Shown: piece by piece, positions 1 through 10,800 of the stretch
Layout: each line of letters starts with the position of its first letter
Numbering within the stretch: position 1 is the first letter of the stretch
DNA from: Pseudomonadota bacterium
Lineage (GTDB): Bacteria > Pseudomonadota > Alphaproteobacteria > Rhodobacterales > Rhodobacteraceae
Direction of reading: 5' to 3'
Length of the DNA stretch: 64,000 nucleotides
Assembly: GCA_038526085.1 (NCBI GenBank)
Contig: JBCBHE010000021.1
Coordinates: forward strand, 3,705 to 67,704
Program-made: the position numbers and the translations under genes
Notes under the pieces: generated by a model
Told to the model about the DNA's origin: nothing
The model's database searches: none
What the model saw: the letters and a program-made list of their open reading frames with translations, nothing else

Positions 1-270
1 GCGCCACTGACACCTGCGGCCACTTTTGGGGCAGTTGGCGAACAGCCCATCCAACTGCAACGGAACGGCGAACTGAAGCAGGACGCGACCCTCGCTGACA
101 TGGTTTGTTCGGTACCAGAGGTGATCAGCCACTTGTCCCACTTCTACCACCTGGGCCCTGGCGACATCATCATGACCGGAACGCCCGCAGGCGTCGGCCC
201 CGTGTCGTCGGGTGATCGCCTTGTGGGCACCATTGCCGGGCTTGAACCGGTGGGACTGACTATCGCGTGA
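1..270 (+). CDS. Fumarylacetoacetate hydrolase family protein, C-terminal part (5' truncated by the window)
   Basis: Frame 1 translated by hand: ...LADMVCSVPEVISHLSHFYHLGPGDIIMTGTPAGVGPV...*, containing the FAH-family GD-x3-TGTP-x-GVG motif; TGA at 268-270. Confidence 0.85.
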   Translation, partial: APLTPAATFGAVGEQPIQLQRNGELKQDATLADMVCSVPEVISHLSHFYHLGPGDIIMTGTPAGVGPVSSGDRLVGTIAGLEPVGLTIA

Positions 271-295
271 CAGCGAACCATCATTCCCGTGCTTG

Positions 296-313
296 ATTAA
301 TGCATCCATTAAT
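296..313. promoter_or_regulatory. Candidate operator palindrome upstream of the TRAP operon
   Basis: ATTAATG-catc-CATTAAT inverted repeat in the AT-rich intergenic region. Confidence 0.35.
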
Positions 314-560
314 GTATACGTAAAGATGTCGCACGCTTGCTTTGCGGTTCGACACAGCTAAGCTTCTAATGCGGTATCGGGCAGGAGGGCCCGATAGGAG
401 GAACGTTAAGAGGAGATCCATCCAGACTTTAGGGTTGCTTTTGGTAAAGTAATCATACCAATTTGAGCTAGATCAAAGAATCTGCCGTGCGGAATTGGTG
501 ATCTCTTTCCCGCACATGCTTCACGATCATCGGCCGTCTTGGCCACCATGGGAGGAAAAT

Positions 561-1604
561 ATGAAGACGAAACTGACAATTGCGGCGCTGAGCGCCACGA
601 TGTTGTCCACGGCTGCTTACGCACAAGACACCATCGAAATGACATCGGCCTTCGGGTCGAACCTGCCAATTCTTGGCACGGCGGCGCTCGACTTTGTCGA
701 CAAAATCAACGGTATCTCCAGCGACGTCCAGTTCGAACATTTCGATCCGAACAAGCTGGTTCCAACGCTGGAAGCCCTCGATGCAGTCTCGAACGGGTCT
801 GTCGATGCGGCCTACGCGACCTCGGGCTACTGGCAGGGTAAGATCACATCTGCATCGCTGTTTGCAGCTGTGCCGTTCGGCCCCGAGGCTGGTGAGTTCA
901 TGGGCTGGATCCTCTACGATGACGGGATGGAGCTGTGGCAGGGCATGTATGACCAGGCCGGCTATGACGTGAAGGTCATGCCCTGCGGCATCATCGCGCC
1001 TGAAACATCAGGCTGGTTCAAGAATGAAATCAACGGCGTTGAAGACCTCGAAGGTCTGAACATGCGCTTCTTCGGCCTGGGTGCGGAAGTCATGCAGCGC
1101 TTGGGCGTGTCCACATCGCTGCTGGCGGCTGGCGACATTTTCCCAGCACTGGAGCGTGGCGCGATTGACGCGACAGAGTTCTCGATGCCGCGCATCGATG
1201 ATCGTCTCGGCTTCCACAAGATCGCCTCCTTCAACTACTTCCCAGGCTGGCACCAGCCATCGACGTTGTTTGAGCTGATCATCAACATCGACGTCTGGGA
1301 TGACTTGTCAGAGGTTGCGCAGAAGCAGATCGAAGTTGCATGTCTTGCTAACGTGACAACCAACCTCGCGGAAGGTGAAGCCACCAACTACGCCGCTATG
1401 GTCAACAACACCGAAAACAACGGTGTGACCATCAAGCAGTGGCCACCAGAAATGCTGGAGCTGTTCGAAACCACGTGGAACGAAGTGGCGGCAGAACTGG
1501 CTGAAGAAGACGAATACTTCGCAAAGGTCTGGGCAGACCTGACTGAGTATCGCGAAGGCTATGCCATCTGGTCCGACAACATCTACCTGCCACGCCCACG
1601 CTAA
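561..1604 (+). CDS. dctP: TRAP transporter substrate-binding protein (DctP/TakP-like)
   Basis: RBS GGAGG before ATG 561; signal peptide MKTKLTIAALSATMLSTAAYA; motifs GWFKNEIN-x4-DLEGLNMR, LERGAIDATEF, YFPGWHQP. Confidence 0.92.
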   Translation: MKTKLTIAALSATMLSTAAYAQDTIEMTSAFGSNLPILGTAALDFVDKINGISSDVQFEHFDPNKLVPTLEALDAVSNGSVDAAYATSGYWQGKITSASLFAAVPFGPEAGEFMGWILYDDGMELWQGMYDQAGYDVKVMPCGIIAPETSGWFKNEINGVEDLEGLNMRFFGLGAEVMQRLGVSTSLLAAGDIFPALERGAIDATEFSMPRIDDRLGFHKIASFNYFPGWHQPSTLFELIINIDVWDDLSEVAQKQIEVACLANVTTNLAEGEATNYAAMVNNTENNGVTIKQWPPEMLELFETTWNEVAAELAEEDEYFAKVWADLTEYREGYAIWSDNIYLPRPR

Positions 1605-1626
1605 GGCTGGCTGACAATGCGAAACG

Positions 1627-1658
1627 CAACGGCGGCATCAGCTTTGGTGCCGCCGTTG
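1627..1658 (+). other. Intra-operon stem-loop after the substrate-binding protein gene
   Basis: CAACGGCGGCA / TGCCGCCGTTG perfect 11-bp stem, no U tract. Confidence 0.6.
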
Positions 1659-1683
1659 TCACACGAGGGAAGGGGCAGGGTGA

Positions 1684-2472
1684 ATGAGCGACTCCACCGA
1701 AACACTGAGCGTTGAAGCAGTCCTTGCGATCACAGATCCGGGCGAAGTCAACCGAGACAGCCATACCAAGGTCGACCGGTTTGTGATCAACGTTGGCAAT
1801 GTGGTGGCCTGGGCCTTTCCGCTGCTCATGGTGGCTATCGTCTCGCAGGTCATTCTGCGGGCCAGCGGGTACAACCAAGCCTGGCTCGATGACTTGCAAT
1901 GGTGGATCTACGGGTTTGCCATGTTGACGGCGTTTGGCTACGCAATCGTCACGGTCAGCCATGTGCGGGTGGATATCTTTCACCAGTACTACAACCCTGA
2001 ACGCAAGGCGCGGATTGAGGCGTTCGCTCTTGGTTGGCTCCTTATTCCCTTCTTGGCTATGATGACCGACGTTATGTTCCACTACGCGGTCGCATCCATC
2101 GAATCCGGCGAGGGTTCGAGCAGCCCAAATGGCTTACATAGGCTCTATATTCTAAAAACAGCGATGCCATTTCTGTTCGTGCTGGCACTGATGGCGTCCT
2201 ATTCAGGCGTCCGCAAAAACATGGCCATCTTCACAAGCGTGGACTGGCCCCGGACCCTGATTTGGGTTTTCCCGAGCGCCGTGTTCGTCCTGTGGCGCAC
2301 ACTTCATTACCTCGCATATTGGGCCGTCGCCCTGACAGATAGCGAGACCGCGACACGTCGGATCACCCGCGAGTACGCGATGTTTGAATACCTGCATATC
2401 GCGGCATTTGTGGCGGTTATCGTCGTGATCATCGCGGGCCTTGCGATGGGTCGCAAAAAGGACGCCACCTGA
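1684..2472 (+). CDS. dctQ: TRAP small permease (DctQ) with C-terminal extension
   Basis: DLQWWIYG, HVRVDIF motifs; two extra hydrophobic segments at the C-terminus. Confidence 0.88.
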   Translation: MSDSTETLSVEAVLAITDPGEVNRDSHTKVDRFVINVGNVVAWAFPLLMVAIVSQVILRASGYNQAWLDDLQWWIYGFAMLTAFGYAIVTVSHVRVDIFHQYYNPERKARIEAFALGWLLIPFLAMMTDVMFHYAVASIESGEGSSSPNGLHRLYILKTAMPFLFVLALMASYSGVRKNMAIFTSVDWPRTLIWVFPSAVFVLWRTLHYLAYWAVALTDSETATRRITREYAMFEYLHIAAFVAVIVVIIAGLAMGRKKDAT

Positions 2473-3917
2473 TGCAACTGCTCTCCATGATTTCTTTTCT
2501 GGACCTGAATCAGTGGATGGTCCTGGCCATGTTTGGCACCTTCATTGTCATGCTCTTCCGGGGCATTCCGGTGGCTTATGCCCTTGTTGGTGTCTCATTA
2601 GTATTCATTATCATCGGGCAGTTCATCCTTGATCCGTTCGAAGACGCGATTAATCAGTATATCCCTTACGACGACACGCGGATCGAGTATCGCAAGCTCT
2701 TTGCCAATTCGGGCCGCTTCTTCGGTGGCACCATTCAAAACCCGGTCCTCGTGGCCCTGCCGATGTTCATTTTCATGGGCCTGATGCTGGACCAGTCCGG
2801 CGTTGCGCAGCGGATGATGCGGTCAATGCAGGTGCTCTTCGGTGCGCTACGCGGCGGCTTGGCCCTATCGGTTATGCTCATCGGGATCATCCTTGCGGCT
2901 TCGACCGGCGTGATCGGGGCCTCAGTTGTGCTGCTGGGTGTGATGGGTCTGCCGACAATGATGAAGCAGGACTATTCCAAACCTATCGCCACGGGCACCA
3001 TTGCCGCGTCCGGGACCTTGGGCATTCTCATCCCGCCATCGATCATGCTGGTGATCATGTCAGATCAGCTGGCGATTTCACTGGGTGACCTCTTTATGGG
3101 TGCGCTGTTCCCGGGTCTTCTGCTTGGTGGGCTCTATATCGCGTTTCTGATCATCTATGGCCTCGTCCGGCCTGACGCGATGCCATTACCAGCGGACAGA
3201 GAGCCGGTGACAATGAAGATCGTCATCGAAGTCGCGCTTTCGGTTGTTCCACCGCTTTTGCTGATTTTGCTCGTACTCGGGTCGATTTTTTGGGGCATTG
3301 CAACGCCAACAGAGGCCTCTGGTCTTGGCGCGGCGGGTGCGATGTTGCTGGCCGTCTTCAATCGCAAACTGACAGGCCGCACGTTCCTTGATGTGATGCG
3401 CCAGACGTTGAACACCTCTGGCTACATCGTCGGGATTTTTATCGCCGCGAACTTCTTTGCCTATGTGCTCAGGCTCTATGGCGGTGATGAGATCATTGAG
3501 AACCTGATCCTTGGATCGTCTGACAACCCGTACATGGTTGTGATCTTCATCCTTCTGCTGATCTTCGCCTTGGGCTTCCTGCTCGATTGGATTGAAATCA
3601 CGTTGATCATCATGCCGTTGATGCTGCCAGTGATCCTGTCGCTTGGACTTGAGATCAACGGCTTTGGCGTCATCGATAGCCCAGAGGTCGTTTGGTTCGC
3701 CATCCTTGTGGCGGTAACCTTGCAGACGTCGTTCCTAACGCCCCCTGTCGGTTTTGCCTTGTTCTACCTCAAGGGTGTCTGCCCGCCGGGCGTGAACCTG
3801 GGCCACATCTATCGCGGGGTGATCCCTTTCGTCTTGCTCCAGCTGACGGGTCTGTTCATCGTGTTTGAGTTCCCGGCCTTGGTCACGTGGTTGCCGGCGG
3901 TGGCCTATGGCAACTGA
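2472..3917 (+). CDS. dctM: TRAP large permease (DctM)
   Basis: LVALPMFIFMG, ASGTLGILIPPSIML, LQTSFLTPPVGFALFYLKG. Confidence 0.95.
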   Translation: MQLLSMISFLDLNQWMVLAMFGTFIVMLFRGIPVAYALVGVSLVFIIIGQFILDPFEDAINQYIPYDDTRIEYRKLFANSGRFFGGTIQNPVLVALPMFIFMGLMLDQSGVAQRMMRSMQVLFGALRGGLALSVMLIGIILAASTGVIGASVVLLGVMGLPTMMKQDYSKPIATGTIAASGTLGILIPPSIMLVIMSDQLAISLGDLFMGALFPGLLLGGLYIAFLIIYGLVRPDAMPLPADREPVTMKIVIEVALSVVPPLLLILLVLGSIFWGIATPTEASGLGAAGAMLLAVFNRKLTGRTFLDVMRQTLNTSGYIVGIFIAANFFAYVLRLYGGDEIIENLILGSSDNPYMVVIFILLLIFALGFLLDWIEITLIIMPLMLPVILSLGLEINGFGVIDSPEVVWFAILVAVTLQTSFLTPPVGFALFYLKGVCPPGVNLGHIYRGVIPFVLLQLTGLFIVFEFPALVTWLPAVAYGN

Positions 3918-5370
3918 TCCAGTCAGACCGCTTGGGTTAGACCCTGGTTTGTGTCTGATTGGCGGTGCCTGGGTGCCACCACAAGAGGGGCAGCTGCTCG
4001 ACCTTCTTAACCCCTCTGACGGGTCCAGTCTTTGTCAGATCGCGCGCGGTGGGGCAGGGGACGTGGATGCGGCTGTAAGCGCCGCTGAGCGCGCCTTAGA
4101 GGGCCCTTGGGGCCGTGCAACCGCTGCAGAGCGGGGTCGGGTGCTGGCGGGCATCGGTGCGCTGGTACAGCAGAACGCCGAAGAGCTGGCGTTTCTAGAG
4201 TCTATTGACGTGGGAAAGCCGCTGAAGCAGGCGCAGGCCGATGTGTCGGCACTGGCCCGGTATATGGAATTTTATGGCGGTGCAGCGGATAAGTTGCATG
4301 GGCAGACCATCCCGTACCTGGATGGCTACACGGTTTACACCTTGCGTGAACCACATGGCGTGACCGGGCATATCATCCCGTGGAATTATCCAATGCAGAT
4401 CATCGGGCGCTCTGTCGGTGCGGCATTGGCGATGGGGAATGCATGCGTGCTGAAACCTGCGGAGGAGGCGTGTTTGACCGCCTTGGCCTTTGCGGAGCTG
4501 GCACGGAAGGCGGGACTGCCAGAGGGTGCGTTGAACGTGGTGCCCGGGTTGGGCGCTGAGGCCGGGGCCGCCCTGGCCGGGCATCGCGGGGTGCATCACG
4601 TGTCGTTCACGGGGTCCGTCGGCGTCGGCAAGCTGGTGCAAGAGGCCGCTGCGCGGAACATTGTGCCGGTGACGCTGGAGCTTGGTGGCAAGTCCCCACA
4701 GGTGGTGTTTGAGGATGCTGACCTGAAGGCTGCGCTGCCGTTTCTGGTGAACGCGGGAATCCAGAACGCGGGCCAAACCTGTTCGGCGTCGTCCCGCATT
4801 TTGGCTCATGTCAGTGTCTATGACCGCGTGGTTGATATGATGGCAGGCCGCTATGCGGCGTTGCGCGCGGGGCCGGCGTTGGATGGCTTTGACGTCGGGC
4901 CATTGGTATCCCTGCGTCAAAAGGAGATCGTCGAAGGCATGGTGGCCCTGGGTGGGGATTTGGATCTTGCCGCCCGCGGCGAGATTATCGCGGATGCACC
5001 GCCCGGCGGAAGTTATGTCGCACCAACGTTGTTTGCGGGTGTTCCACCGGATCATACGTTGGCACGCGATGAGATCTTTGGCCCTGTGCAGGTGATCATC
5101 CCGTTTACGGACGAGGCGGAGGCCGTGGCGATTGCCAACGGTACAGATTTTGGTCTCGTCGCCTCTGTCTGGACCCGCGATGGCGCGCGGCAAATGCGGA
5201 TGGCGCAGCGGTTGCGAGCGGGTCAGGTTTTCATCAACAATTATGGAGCCGGTGGCGGTGTGGAGCTGCCGTTTGGCGGCACCGGCCTGTCTGGGCATGG
5301 GCGCGAGAAGGGGTTCGAGGCTTTGTACGGATTTTCAACCGTGAAAACGGTGGCGGCGTATCATGGGTGA
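3907..5370 (+). CDS. NAD(P)-dependent aldehyde dehydrogenase
   Basis: IIPWNYP, LKPAE, FTGS, LELGGKSP, GQTC catalytic Cys, EIFGP; start placed at ATG 3907 overlapping the dctM stop. Confidence 0.95.
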   Translation: MATDPVRPLGLDPGLCLIGGAWVPPQEGQLLDLLNPSDGSSLCQIARGGAGDVDAAVSAAERALEGPWGRATAAERGRVLAGIGALVQQNAEELAFLESIDVGKPLKQAQADVSALARYMEFYGGAADKLHGQTIPYLDGYTVYTLREPHGVTGHIIPWNYPMQIIGRSVGAALAMGNACVLKPAEEACLTALAFAELARKAGLPEGALNVVPGLGAEAGAALAGHRGVHHVSFTGSVGVGKLVQEAAARNIVPVTLELGGKSPQVVFEDADLKAALPFLVNAGIQNAGQTCSASSRILAHVSVYDRVVDMMAGRYAALRAGPALDGFDVGPLVSLRQKEIVEGMVALGGDLDLAARGEIIADAPPGGSYVAPTLFAGVPPDHTLARDEIFGPVQVIIPFTDEAEAVAIANGTDFGLVASVWTRDGARQMRMAQRLRAGQVFINNYGAGGGVELPFGGTGLSGHGREKGFEALYGFSTVKTVAAYHG

Positions 5371-6088
5371 TCGGCTGAAGGACAAGGTAGCGATTGTGAC
5401 GGGCGGCGCGTCGGGCTTTGGTGCAGGGATCGTGGCGAAGTTCTTGGATGAGGGCGCCAAGGTGATGATCGCGGACTTGCATATCGATGGCGCTGAAACA
5501 GAGGCGGCGCGCTGCGATGTGTCTCAAGATGCCGACGTGCAATCCTTGATCGCAACGACCCAGAGGACCTTTGGTAGGGTCGATATCCTTGTCAACAACG
5601 CCGGCACAACACACTTGCCAACGCCGATGGAGGACGTCACCGAAAGCGATTTTGACAAGGTCTTTGCGGTGAATTGTAAGTCCGTCTATCTCACCGCAAA
5701 ACACGCTGTTCCGGTAATGAAAGGACAGGGGGCTGGGGTGATCCTGAACGTGGCCTCGACCGCTGGGGTCTCACCACGACCTCGGCTGAATTGGTACAAT
5801 GCCTCTAAGGGTTGGATGAATACCGCGACAAAGGCGATGGCAGTCGAATTGGCGTCGGAGGGTATCCGGGTGAATGCGATCAACCCGGTGGCGGGAGACA
5901 CGCCCTTGCTGAAGAGTTTTATGGGTGAAGATACGCCTGAGATGCGGGCGAAGTTCCTGTCGACCATTCCAGTCGGGCGGTTTTCGACGCCGGAGGACAT
6001 AGGCAATGCCGCCTGCTATTTGTGCTCAGACGAGGCGAGCATGGTGACCGGTGTTTGTATGGAGGTTGACGGCGGGCGTTGCATCTAG
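5363..6088 (+). CDS. Short-chain dehydrogenase/reductase
   Basis: TGGASGFG, NNAG, YNASK (YxxxK), IRVNAINP. Confidence 0.93.
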   Translation: MGDRLKDKVAIVTGGASGFGAGIVAKFLDEGAKVMIADLHIDGAETEAARCDVSQDADVQSLIATTQRTFGRVDILVNNAGTTHLPTPMEDVTESDFDKVFAVNCKSVYLTAKHAVPVMKGQGAGVILNVASTAGVSPRPRLNWYNASKGWMNTATKAMAVELASEGIRVNAINPVAGDTPLLKSFMGEDTPEMRAKFLSTIPVGRFSTPEDIGNAACYLCSDEASMVTGVCMEVDGGRCI

Positions 6089-6128
6089 CGTCACATGACC
6101 GTCATGCACGGCGGCTAGCCTGCCTCCT

Positions 6129-6830
6129 ATGACACCTCCAGTTGATGTTCTGCCTTATGCAGCCAGCCGCCACGCCGCACCGCCATCACGTCTTGGGCAA
6201 CGCTATGCCGCAGATGTTTTTTTGCCGGAGCCCGGCAATACGGTAGTTTGTCATTTGGATATGGTTGATCCGACGCATGTTGCGGTTTTGGCGGCGCGCA
6301 ACGCGATGCGCGCGTTGAATGGAACCCAATCGTTTCTTTTTACCCCTGTACAGAGTATCCACATGACCCTTTTTGAAGGGGTGATTGAGACGCGCCGCAC
6401 CCCTGACGCTTGGCCAAAGGACATGTCCCAGGATACCCCGGTGAGCGTCGTGACCGAGGCATTGTTGCCGCGCTTGGCGGCCTTTCAGCCCCTCGAGCCG
6501 TTTTCGGTGCGTGTGGTTGGGCTGCGCCCTACCGGCCTGATGCTGGAAGGGGCAACTGCCAAAGACGCCACCGTCATGCGGGCGTGGCGTGATGCGCTGA
6601 CGGAGCCTTTTGGTTACCGGCACACCGCTCACGACGACTATCGCTTTCACATGACGTTTGCCTATCCGGTTCAATGGATTGAGGATAAGCATGTACCGCT
6701 GTGGGAAGCGGCATTTGCCGAAATCCTGTCGGACTTACAGCGCGATGCACCGGTGATCCCCCTGCGCCCGCCCGCTTTTTGCCGTTTCAACGACATGACC
6801 CGCTTTGAAGAGCTAATGGTGCTGCGCTAG
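6129..6830 (+). CDS. DUF1868-like 2H-phosphoesterase-fold protein
   Basis: Two HxT motifs (IHMTLFEG, FHMTFAY); PGNTVVCHL N-terminal motif. Confidence 0.75.
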   Translation: MTPPVDVLPYAASRHAAPPSRLGQRYAADVFLPEPGNTVVCHLDMVDPTHVAVLAARNAMRALNGTQSFLFTPVQSIHMTLFEGVIETRRTPDAWPKDMSQDTPVSVVTEALLPRLAAFQPLEPFSVRVVGLRPTGLMLEGATAKDATVMRAWRDALTEPFGYRHTAHDDYRFHMTFAYPVQWIEDKHVPLWEAAFAEILSDLQRDAPVIPLRPPAFCRFNDMTRFEELMVLR

Positions 6831-7243
6831 CTCAGTTTCGCCTTCAAGGGTCCACCAATCACGATACCTACCAGCATGGCCGGTACAAACGCCAAGGTGC
6901 CTGGCGCCATCAGAGGTAGCGCGGTCCAGGCCGGACCAGGACAGAAGCCACCGATGCCCCAACCGATCCCAAAGAGGGCCGCGCCTGTCAGGAGCGGGCG
7001 GTCGATTGCCGTGCTCTTGGGGATGTCGAAGTCTGCCATGACAAGGGGTGCTGGCCGCTTCCAGACGAGGCGGTAGCCGATGTAGGCTGTTACACTTGCA
7101 CCGCCCATCACGAAGGCGAGTGAGGGATCCCAGTTGCCGGCCACGTCAAGGAAGTTCAAGACCTTTGCAGGGTCCGACATGCCTGAAATGACCAATCCGA
7201 CGCCAAAGATGAGACCGCAAAGAAAGCCAAGAATGATCCGCAT
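6827..7243 (-). CDS. YeeE/YedE family sulfur transport membrane protein
   Basis: SGMSDPAKVLNFLD, WDPSLAFVMG, GFCPGP. Confidence 0.88.
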   Translation of the reverse strand: MRIILGFLCGLIFGVGLVISGMSDPAKVLNFLDVAGNWDPSLAFVMGGASVTAYIGYRLVWKRPAPLVMADFDIPKSTAIDRPLLTGAALFGIGWGIGGFCPGPAWTALPLMAPGTLAFVPAMLVGIVIGGPLKAKLS

Positions 7244-7246
7244 GGT

Positions 7247-7702
7247 TTAAACTCCGATCACGTGACGCAGGACGTAGACGGTGATCCCCGCCGTTGCCAT
7301 GAAGGTGAGCACCGCGGCGAGAGACCGGGGCGAAAGCCGTGCGAGGCCACAGACGCCATGACCCGATGTACAACCTGAGCCCATTGCGGTGCCGACACCA
7401 ACGATGAGGCCGGCCGCGACCATGCCAAGCAAATTGCTTGGGACGGTTTGCGTGACGGTCTGGCCGATGCCTTGCATCAGCAAGGGTGCAGCGATGAGCC
7501 CCAGTACGAAGGCCACCCGCCACGCCCAATCTTGGGTCGTTGTCTGCCCTGATGTCAGTCGGCTGAGCGCGCCACTGGTGATCCCGACAATGCCGGCGAT
7601 CCGACCAAAGGCGAGCATGACCAACACGGCGGATAGTCCGATCAAAACACCGCCAAACAAAGACGCCCATGGCGTGAATTCAGTCTCTACTATTGGGCCC
7701 AT
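7247..7702 (-). CDS. YeeE/YedE family sulfur transport membrane protein
   Basis: GRIAGIVGI, GSGCTSGHGVCGLARLSPRSL; start moved to ATG 7702 (RBS GAAGG). Confidence 0.88.
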   Translation of the reverse strand: MGPIVETEFTPWASLFGGVLIGLSAVLVMLAFGRIAGIVGITSGALSRLTSGQTTTQDWAWRVAFVLGLIAAPLLMQGIGQTVTQTVPSNLLGMVAAGLIVGVGTAMGSGCTSGHGVCGLARLSPRSLAAVLTFMATAGITVYVLRHVIGV

Positions 7703-7873
7703 AGGGTGAGTGCCTTCTGACGTTATTTGTGACCGTGCGGTATAAGGGCTCGATTGCGAAACCGACACATGAAAATCATAACGTTGCACCGAATTTGTCA
7801 TAGTTGTGATCTAGCCTTGCCACCACGCGGCCTCCTATGGTTCGGTCGCATAAAAATAAAGGCAGAACAGGCA

Positions 7874-10800
7874 GTGTTCGATCGGATCTATCCCCAACGC
7901 CCACTGTGGGCGTTTAAGGGCGTTGCGCGTCGCGGAACGTCTGTGGCGGTTATGATCCTTTTCGGCTGGACCGAAATTGCTCGCGCGCAGGACCTGTCAT
8001 GGAACCTCACCAGTAACGGCAATTGGAACACGACGGATCCGAACTGGATCGAAGATGGGGTGGTTGCGCCGCTTGCGTTTACGAACGGCGCAAGCGTCAC
8101 GTTTGAAGAGGTGGGCGGCTTTACGGTGACCATCGACGATGGAAGCGTACAAGTCTCAGACATCACCTTTGTCGAAGACGGATATGCGATTGCGCAATCG
8201 AGCGGTGGCGCGCCCTTTGCCATTGAGCCGACAGGGGGTGCTTTTGCCCTGACGCTCAATGCGGGTGTCACAGCGACGGTTACCGCCCCGTTCACTGGTA
8301 CAGACCCAATCACGGTTGTGGGCACGCCGACATCAACTTTGGCCCTGTCCGGTGACAGCAGCGGCGCGACGGGCGAGTTGGATATCACCGGTGGAACGGT
8401 CACGCTCAGTGGTGATTATGGCGGTGCCGTCACTAACAGTGGTGAAAGCCTGACAAACACCGCAACGATTAGCGGTCTTGTCACCAATAACGCTGATCTG
8501 ACGGCGGCGGGGACCTTCAGCAGTGGGATTACCAATGCGGCTGGAACGGTGACAGTGACCGCGGACAGTACTGGCAACATAACGAACACTGGGGGTGATC
8601 TGACAGTCAACCTTGGGCAAACGTTGACTGGCGACGTCACGAATGCCGACGCGGCGCCCGACACGGTAGTCGACGGCAGCGTTGTGGGTAACCTGACGGT
8701 GTTCGACGGGACCGTCGACAACAATGGCACTGTGACCGGCAACACCGATGTGTCTGGTGGTGCGCTGACAAACGATGGGACGCTTGATGGGGCGTTGATT
8801 GTGACCGGCGGCACGGTGGACAACACCGCAAGCGTCGTCGGCAATGTCACCGTGAATGGCGGGACGGTCACGAACTCCGGGTCTTTGGGTGGCACGGTTG
8901 TAATTGCCCAGACCGGCGTTCCGGCAGCTGCTTTGAACGATACGGGTGGCACGATCGCCGGCTTGGTGACCAATACGGATGGCACGATCACGGCTGATGG
9001 CACCACGTTCACGTCTGGGCTGCAGCAGGATGGCGGTACCACGACGGCAACAGGCACGGATTTTGGAACCGGCGCCACGGTTGCAGGCGGTGCGCTCGCG
9101 ATCGACGGGGCCATGGCAGCGACGTCGACTGGCGATGTGGCTTTGACCGGCGGCGATCTGACGGTTGCGGCCGGGCAAACGTTGACCGGGGCTGTCACAA
9201 GTTCCGATGCTGCGTCTGAGACCGTGATCGATGGTACGGTGACGGGCGACCTGACAGTGAGCGACGGGACCGTCGACAACAATGGCACGGTCACTGGCAA
9301 TGCAGATGTGTCGGGCGGAGCGCTGACAAACGATGGGACGCTTGACGGTGCCCTTACCCAGTTGGATGGTGATGTGACGAACACCGGTGATGTGACTGGC
9401 AACACGATAATAAATAGCGGGACGTTTACCAATTCTGGCGGCTTGGGCGGGACACTGGTCTTGGATCAAACCGGGGCTGTTCCCGTCGAACTGAATGATA
9501 CTGGCGGCGTGATTGCTGGGCTGACGACAAATGTCGATGGCAGTATCACGGCTGACGGCACCACGTTTGCGGGCGGGTTGCGGCAGGTTGACGGTAACAC
9601 GGAGGTGACTGGCACCGATTTCGGCACCGGGTTGAACGTGGACGGCGGGAGCGTGACGATTTTCGGCTCCGCGCCAGCCACCAGTTCGGGCGATGCCACG
9701 CTGTCTGGCGGCGACTTGGTTGTTGGTGTGGACCAGACGTTTGCGGGTGACATTGTGATCGATGACCTCGATTCAGGCCTGCGCAATATTGGCACGATTG
9801 TTGGGGACGTCACTGTCAACGACGGTGTTTTCAATCATGAAGCGGTTGTGGTCGGTAATGTGATCGTCAACGATAGAAACTTCTTCAGCGAAGGCGGGCG
9901 TGTGACAGGGACCGTCACGCAGTCGGGTGGGATCAGCCGGTTCCGGCAAAGCCAAGTAGATGGTGGGTTGATCATTTCAGATGGCACGTCCAGCATTCGC
10001 GAGGACAGCACGCTGGACATCACAAACACAGGCGGTCGTGTTGATGTAGCGAGCGGGCAAACCCTGACAGGGAACATTGTTCAAACCGACGGACGGACGG
10101 ATTTGAGTGGTGTTGTCGATGGGACGTTGACGGCGAGCGGCGGTCGCGTCGACCACGGAGTCGGCGCAGACATTACGGGGCTAACGACGCTGCAAGGGGG
10201 CGTCGAGTTTAACGCGGACGGTGGCACATTTACCGGTGGATTGCGCGTTGAGGATGCCGATTTGACTTTGACCGGACCACTGGTCGGTGATCTTGAAAAC
10301 GCTGGCGAGGCGCTGTCCTTTGGCGATGGGGTCATTTTGGATGGCGACGTCTTGAATAGTGCTGGCACGTTGGATTTGGGCGCTTTGGTGACTGGCACGC
10401 TGACGGTCGATGACGGCGCTGTCACAACGACGCCCACTGCAACGATCCAAGGTGCGACGACCGTCAATGGTGGGACGTTGACTGCCGATGGCAGTACCTT
10501 CGACGGGGGGATCACCGTTGCTGGCGGCGATGTTGCGATCACAGAAGTGGGCACCATCAATGGCATGGCGATCAGTGACGGGACACTTGTGGTGGAAGGG
10601 ACCACGCCGTTGACCACCGACTTAGATGTGTCTGGTGGTGATACGACCCTGACGAGCGATATGGTGGGATCAGTCACGCAAAGTGGTGGGACGGTCACCC
10701 GATCCGGACAGTTGGATGGGACCGTCGATTTGAGCGATGGGACGTTCACAAATGCCGATGGTTCCATTTCGGGCGCCACGACGGTTACTGGTGGCACCCT

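Noticed and set aside
8588-9800. CRISPR array or mobile-element repeat
   Set aside because: Repeats are in frame within a coding sequence with a 558-bp period; no spacers or cas genes.
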